Assembly (NCBI GenBank): GCA_964016885.1
Contig: OZ024740.1
Span: forward strand, 83,576,001-83,640,000
Length of the DNA: 64,000 nucleotides
Direction: 5' to 3'
Source of the DNA: Eledone cirrhosa
Lineage: Eukaryota
Of the stretch, positions 57,620 through 64,000 are shown piece after piece (position 1 is the stretch's first letter; every line of letters starts with the position of its first letter). Under the pieces are notes generated by a model. That model worked only from the letters and a program-made list of their open reading frames with translations, searched no databases and was not told the DNA's origin. Position numbers and translations under genes: made by a program.

Positions 57620-58592
57620 TATGTGTGTACATGTGTGAGTGTTTTAGCTGTGTAACAACATTTACACAACGTTCACGGTTCGAAACACACGATACTGTTA
57701 CGAGATCCGTTTCGTTTGTGTTCTATTCCAGAGTTATGTATGTAGTGTGCAGAGTGTAAATATAATTAAGAGTCCAAGTCAGTGTCGCAGCATATGTAGA
57801 AACGTTATTTGGATATTACAATTGTTTTGATATCGATCAGCTCAAGGAAAAATGAGGGGAGGGTACCCGACTCTTTTTCGACATCTCAACTGATATGCGA
57901 GCTTATATGTGCAAAGGCACATCCAAACTGTTGACAGATGTCCCGAGATCCGTTTATATACAGTTAAAAGCGGTTTTATGGGGAGTGAAGTAGGTTTAGG
58001 TTTAGAGGGTTGGGTATAAAGATGTCAAACTGACACTGGTGTTTTTTGTTGTTGTTGTTGTTGATTGTCGGCTCTAATACGAATGCAACTAGAATGACTA
58101 CCATCACACAACGAACTACCATTGGACAACTAAAGCCTCTTGCTGCAGCCACACACTTAGCATCGATTGTAAACACTACTTTTAATGACCATTAGGACTG
58201 TTGATTTTCTTGGCGTTCATGCCGATACACAATGCTATTCATATTAGTAAAACAGACCTCTTCGACCTTATCTTTACTATCATCCCACCTATATTTTCAA
58301 ACATATTCATTAATTTTTACCTTTATTTTATTTTATTTTATTTTATCTATTATCATTATAACCATCATGACCATTGTCATAGATATTATTATTATTCTAA
58401 GGTACTATCCATAAATATAACGACAACCTATCTCCCCTACAATTACAGTACTAAGTTCTTTAATGTAAGCCTAAATCAGAACCGCCACCTCTGAAAAAAG
58501 CGCTTGGAAAGAACTGAAAGAAAAATTCTCCAAATATCCACTCGCCGTCGAAACGGTAAGAGCTCAGCTGTCTAGCCATAACGCATCATTAC

Positions 58593-58703
<111 letters not shown>

Positions 58704-58739
58704 GCGCGCATATATATACATATATATATTCACAGACAG

Positions 58740-61196
58740 ATGGACTGGGACCACGTCATGAACACCAACATGGTAGCCGCCACCTCCATATACACCGACA
58801 CCGGCCCACAAACCAGCTGCGCGTCACACCTCGTCACCGACTTAACCTGTACACTCTCAAATGAGGATCTAGAACTTCTACGCTTCGGGTCCAAATTCAC
58901 CGTCTCAGAACGATTCGACGACAGATTAAGCCTCGACATAGAAGCCAACTCTGCCGAGCCACTTACCCAATGAAATGGATTGCCGCCATAAACTGTACCC
59001 CCGAAAATAACAACACCCTAACAACCCACCCCAAGTTCCCCACATACCATCTCCACAACCTACTTCAGCCCCCACCTGCCAACCATTAACTCGATATAAA
59101 ACTCTTGAGGTTGGAACACTCTATCTCCGACATACTATATAATAAACACACACGCACACACTCAACAGACAACCTCACTGGATCACAAATCACCGCTCTC
59201 ACGAACCTGAAATCGAGGTACCTTATTTATCTCACCTTTGCCAAAAGGTAAGGAATTCTGCGTCATCACTGTGGAGATTTATAAAAACCTAGGTCTACAA
59301 CACCTTAACGACGACAGACTCTATTCCAAAGTCACAGTTATCACCGCCACAAGAATCGAGGAACAGATCAACACAAAATAGACCAACATCTGCGACTGGT
59401 GGATATTCCCGAAGAGACTGAATCACAATCTCGTTACGAGGAACAGTAGGTTACCCACCTTCTATCACCTCATCAACACCAAGGAGCCGACCTGAAAATC
59501 AGATCCACCGTATCCAGGGTGGGAGGACCACTTTACAATATCTCATTGTTCCTATCCGGGACACAGAATCACTTGCTGAGCACCTTACCGGGACATGTCA
59601 ACAGTTCCGAGGAGATAATGGTCCTACTATAGCAAATGGAGCCGGACACCCGGTGGGATAACAGGTATGCCTTCAAAGTTAATGTAGTCGCTCTATAGAC
59701 ATCAGTTCCAGTACTCCCAGCCGTCGATATATTGACAGAATGAATAGTATCTACCAGCCTACATTGCTTCGGTCTCACCTCCTTCGACATCAACCACATC
59801 CTATTTGTTGTCGTCAACAACACTTATTTCGACTTTCTTGGCCACACATACCAGCAGACCTCAGGGCTACCCATTAAATCAAGTCTATTAGCTATGCTGG
59901 CGATTTCGTACATGGACCTGCTAAAGCGCAGAGCGCTTAATATCTACAACCCTCATGACTTCTTCTCAAGATATGTGGATGATATCCTTATCCTCACATC
60001 CTCCCGACAAAAGGCTGACGAGATTTACGAGGTGTTCAAAAAGATGGACGAGAACATCGACTTCAGTATAGAGCACCCCAGCGACGACGGGTCCCTTGCT
60101 CTCCTTGATTTCCGCCGTAACATCATGGAACACGAAGGGATCCCCACAAACTTCTACCTCCAGGCGACCTGCAGGGACCTGTTCGTTCACTCCAAGTCTG
60201 CTCTTCCTGAGAGTGTGAAAAGGGGATACATCACAAACCAGACCAAGTGTATAAGAGACAGATGATCCCGTAAGTGGTGCCACCCTCGCCAAGCAATTCC
60301 ACAAGGTGCTGCTAGCCAACGGATATCTAGCATCTTTCACCACCTGAATGAGGGATCTCAGGTACAGGATGCAAGTAAACATGAGGGATATATGCATCCT
60401 CAAGATCCCATCCCTGGACGAGAAAACCACAAACTTTATCCGCAGAGCCATACGAAGAGAGGATCTTGACATCCAGTTGCAACCCTGAGGAGACCCCCCC
60501 CCCCCCAGAAAAACTCGTCAATACAGCGGAAATACACCAATTTCCCGAAACGCTACATAAACTGTTTCTTGAGCACATACGTCGTGTACAAGACTGAATG
60601 CGACAGGTGCAACGAAATTTATATTGGCAGCACTATCCAACCGCTTCATATACGTACTAAGTGTTACGTCCGCATCAAAACCTAATCCTTCCGGAAACAA
60701 TCACAATACACTAACTATCACAGTGATAGCAGCAGAGGTTAACGTTGACAATCTAAGGGTGAAGGAAGCTTTCTGGATAAATCAATTAGAGCCTCCAATA
60801 AACAGAAGATCGGAGAGAGTCGGACACACACACAGAGTTGGAACAACAATATCTCTAACGACCTTTCGTTTACCCCGCTCATTAAAGAAAACAAAAACAG
60901 AACGTACAGCCACGCATGCGCGAGCCCAACGAATAACGTTATTATTTTCCCTTTGGTAGATGCGAATCCGAAATATAGGGACTAATCAATCATTTAAAGT
61001 GCACATTGTATCATTCTTCTTCTTTTTCCTCTTTTCTCATTACGCCTGCTACGCTTATTTGCGTTGTTTTCCTTTTATTTCTCCTATTGCAACTGGATTT
61101 CGTTGCCAGATGATTTATCCACCTACATTGTAGAGGCTTCCAAACTGACTATTTTCCTTATTCCACAATGCTTGAAGCAAACCTGAACACTATTTC

Positions 61197-61200
<4 letters not shown>
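58740..61200 (+). mobile_element. Degenerate near-full-length Penelope-like element
   Basis: LSNEDLELLRFGSKF, NVVALY, YQQTSGLP, FSRYVDDILIL, LRVKEAFWINQLEPPINR; stops and frameshifts; (CA)n and (TA)n flanks. Confidence 0.85.
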
Positions 61201-61245
<45 letters not shown>

Positions 61246-61249
<4 letters not shown>

Positions 61250-61442
61250 AACCAGTAAGACCCCGACGGCTGAGCTCAAGCCGTTTCGACGGCTAATTCT
61301 GGACTGAGTCCAGAATTAGGCGTCGCATGGCTTGAGCTCAGCCGTCGGGGTCTTACTGGTTCCTATTACCCACTCTACTACCCTAAGTATTGAGTACTTT
61401 GGTGCGTTATGGTCCACTTGGTTCCTTACCACATTTCCTTCG

Positions 61443-61446
<4 letters not shown>
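61246..61446 (+). repeat. Fold-back element (centre 61306) inside (TA)n, containing a hammerhead-like 3' half
   Basis: About 60-bp arms; minus strand GTC-GAAAC-GGCT-tgagctc-AGCC-GTC-GGGG. Confidence 0.85.
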
Positions 61447-61509
<63 letters not shown>

Positions 61510-61510
<1 letters not shown>

Positions 61511-64000
61511 AAGATTAAAAGCATGGAGATTTGCCCGGACTTACTTGTACCTTCGGATAAGACATTTACAGGATGAACCACGGAACCTACTCAAAATTTA
61601 TAGGATTACGAGTCAGGACAACCTTGACAGAATAAACAACACGACCAAAAACTTAATGACAGGACTGGAAGTAGCAGACAGGACAGAATAATACGTACCT
61701 AGAAAACCGCGGATTTCCATCAAGGACCATACATTAGACTTTAAGACCAACCTCGCGGTTAGACTAATAGCAGCCTCCAAGTCGGACCTAAGTAGGTCCA
61801 GTAAGAATATTATAGTAGGATACTGCCCACGCTTATGAATAGAAATAGACCTAGCTCATGGACATCCACTAAGGAGGTAATAGACTGGTTTACAGCGTTG
61901 CCCACCAAACAGCAAGTGAACTTCGTACAGCTGAACATAGCAAATTATTACGTGTCTATCTCACCAGTAATTGTAAACAAGGCCCTTATGAGAGCTATGG
62001 CAACGTCCAACTTAACTAGAGATGAAGTGGACATCATTATAGCTGCTAGAAAGACACTCATTAGGTTTGACGGTAGACTGTGGGAAAGGAGAGACAGACC
62101 CGGCAGTTTTGACATGACCATGGACTTGAGCGACTCCGCACAGGTGACGGACTTGGCGGGAATTTACCTACTCCATATGTTAGCAGAGGAGATTCCGCCA
62201 TAGGCGGAGAGATATATAGGGACGACGCCCTATTTACCTTCCGCTCATTAAACTCTTTCCAGCTGGAGCGCATGCGGAAGCGCATCTCACATTTCCTTAA
62301 GCAGCACAGGTTATCCGTGCTAATAGAAAATAGCACTAAGGCAGTAAATTTCCTAGACGTATCCTTGGAACTGGATACAGGCTTATACCGACCATATCAC
62401 AAGCCCAACGAGAACTTGCAGTACGTAAACAGGCACTCAAACCACCCCAAATCGGTTATTGACGCTATAGTGAAGGGGGTATGCACCCTAGTATCCACAC
62501 TGTCCTGCAACGTGGATGTGTTCAATCAGCACGCCGACTAGCTCAATGAGGCACTGGGCAGGGCCGGGTACACAAAAGCCATTGTGTACAGCCCGCACAA
62601 GGGCAGGCCGCATAGCGAGGAACACAAACACCAGGATACCGCTAGTAATAACTTAGGCAGACAACCTACCCGTAAGCAAACACCTACCAGTGTAGATAGG
62701 AGTATTAAACACGACAGTGATGGCAGCACAACGCATAGACAGTTGAGGGATCATGGGAACCCTAGGGAATACAACACATATGGACTGAAGAGTAGTAACT
62801 CCATGGACCGAGCTAACCTTAGATAGTGAAGTAGATAACACAGCACGGAGCTTTAGGGGTAATACCAAGACTAAGAATGCCAGCAATGATACGCCAGGAT
62901 ATTCGGGTGGCAGGACAGAGACGGAAAATAGGACTAGCAAGCGTGCCAGAACAACTTAGCGAGAGAAAGCCATTCCACAGACTTATGTAACAGTTCTATG
63001 CATAGGTATAGAATGGGGGGTCAATTAGGAGTAGGGCTTAACCCAAGAGAGCAGCTTGGCAATGCAAGCACTACTAGTAACAGACGACTAAATAGAAATA
63101 GATCTAGAAACGTAACATAGTTTAATGCACCATACTCGAAGCATGTACGCACTAACGTGCCAGGTCTCTTTAGAGCATTGGACGAGTGTTTCCCGGCTTC
63201 ACATAGGTACCATACAATTTTCAATCGGCACACCGTGAAGTTCTCATTTTTCACGGCACCCAACATGGCAGACTACATGGCCAGGGCCAACGCGTTGAAA
63301 TTGCGGACACCCCACAGGCGCAACGATCAGGCACCAGACCCGCCAGCGCTGTAGTGGTTGATGGTTCTGGAGATGCAACTAGATGCAGAGCCGCGATTGC
63401 GGAGAGCCCCATAGCTGCCAGCAGAGACCAGCTGGTGGTGGACATTGAGTCCACCACTCCGCCGGAGCACCACTCGAGGACTGGTGAGAACACATATAAG
63501 ACGCCAGGACCACGTAACTGGAGTTGCAAAAATGATGCACGGACATGTAACTGCCGTGTCCGTGAGGAGTGCTCCCTGCAGGGAATGTGCCTGACTAAGG
63601 GCGTTGTTTACAGATGTGTGGTTACCACGCACAACGATAGGCACACATACATCGGAGCTACATCCACGACTTTTAAGTCGAGGATGTACTACCACAAAAG
63701 CTCGTTCAAGGACAGGAACAAGAGACACTCAACCAGATTGGGAGACTCATGGAATAGGACCTCAGCTGGAGTATTGTACAGCATGCGAATGCGTACTCGG
63801 CCGGAGACAGGAAGTGCAAGTTATGCCTGTCCGAGGCTATGGAGTAAATAAAATTTAAGGGCGACGCAGACAACCTCAAGTCTGAAATAATCATGGCATT
63901 CAGACAGCAACGTAAATGCACAGTCTCCGCCCTAGTGATACCGGATGGATCTACATAGCGCACCACTGGCACCGCAACACCAGGTGCAGCGCATGCCGCG
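61510..64000 (+). mobile_element. Degenerate Penelope-like element with YRDD-type RT and CxCx5Cx5C GIY-YIG (Naiad-like; clade call tentative)
   Basis: WTSTKEVIDWF, FDMTM-DSAQVTDLAGIYLL, IYRDD, VNFLDV, HSNHP, TCNCRVREECSLQGMCL-VVYRC-YIGATSTTFKSRMYYHKSSF. Confidence 0.85.

Overview
AT-rich eukaryotic (animal) repeat-dense region with no host gene I can support. The abundant tRNA-type SINE resembles octopod cephalopod SINEs, so an octopus-like genome is likely (inference). It holds degenerate LINEs (Tx1/L1-like, R4/Dong-like, HERO/NeSL-like, RTE-like), a mariner relic, about 12 SINE copies, many (TA)n/(TG)n microsatellites and several Penelope-like elements (PLEs). One PLE keeps a 5'-truncated but stop-free RT + GIY-YIG ORF (40618-42561) between ~730-bp inverted repeats. 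The main hidden signal is a set of type I hammerhead ribozyme (HHR) motifs from about 9 sequence families, which I folded by eye. Most lie in fold-back inverted repeats whose ribozyme-sense strands point outward into (TA)n tracts. Three families carry a U3:A8 compensatory core variant. Two families are non-coding tandem units (~420 and ~510 bp, one HHR per unit) that resemble retrozymes. Most short ORFs in the track are microsatellite or antisense artefacts. No searches or folding programs were run.
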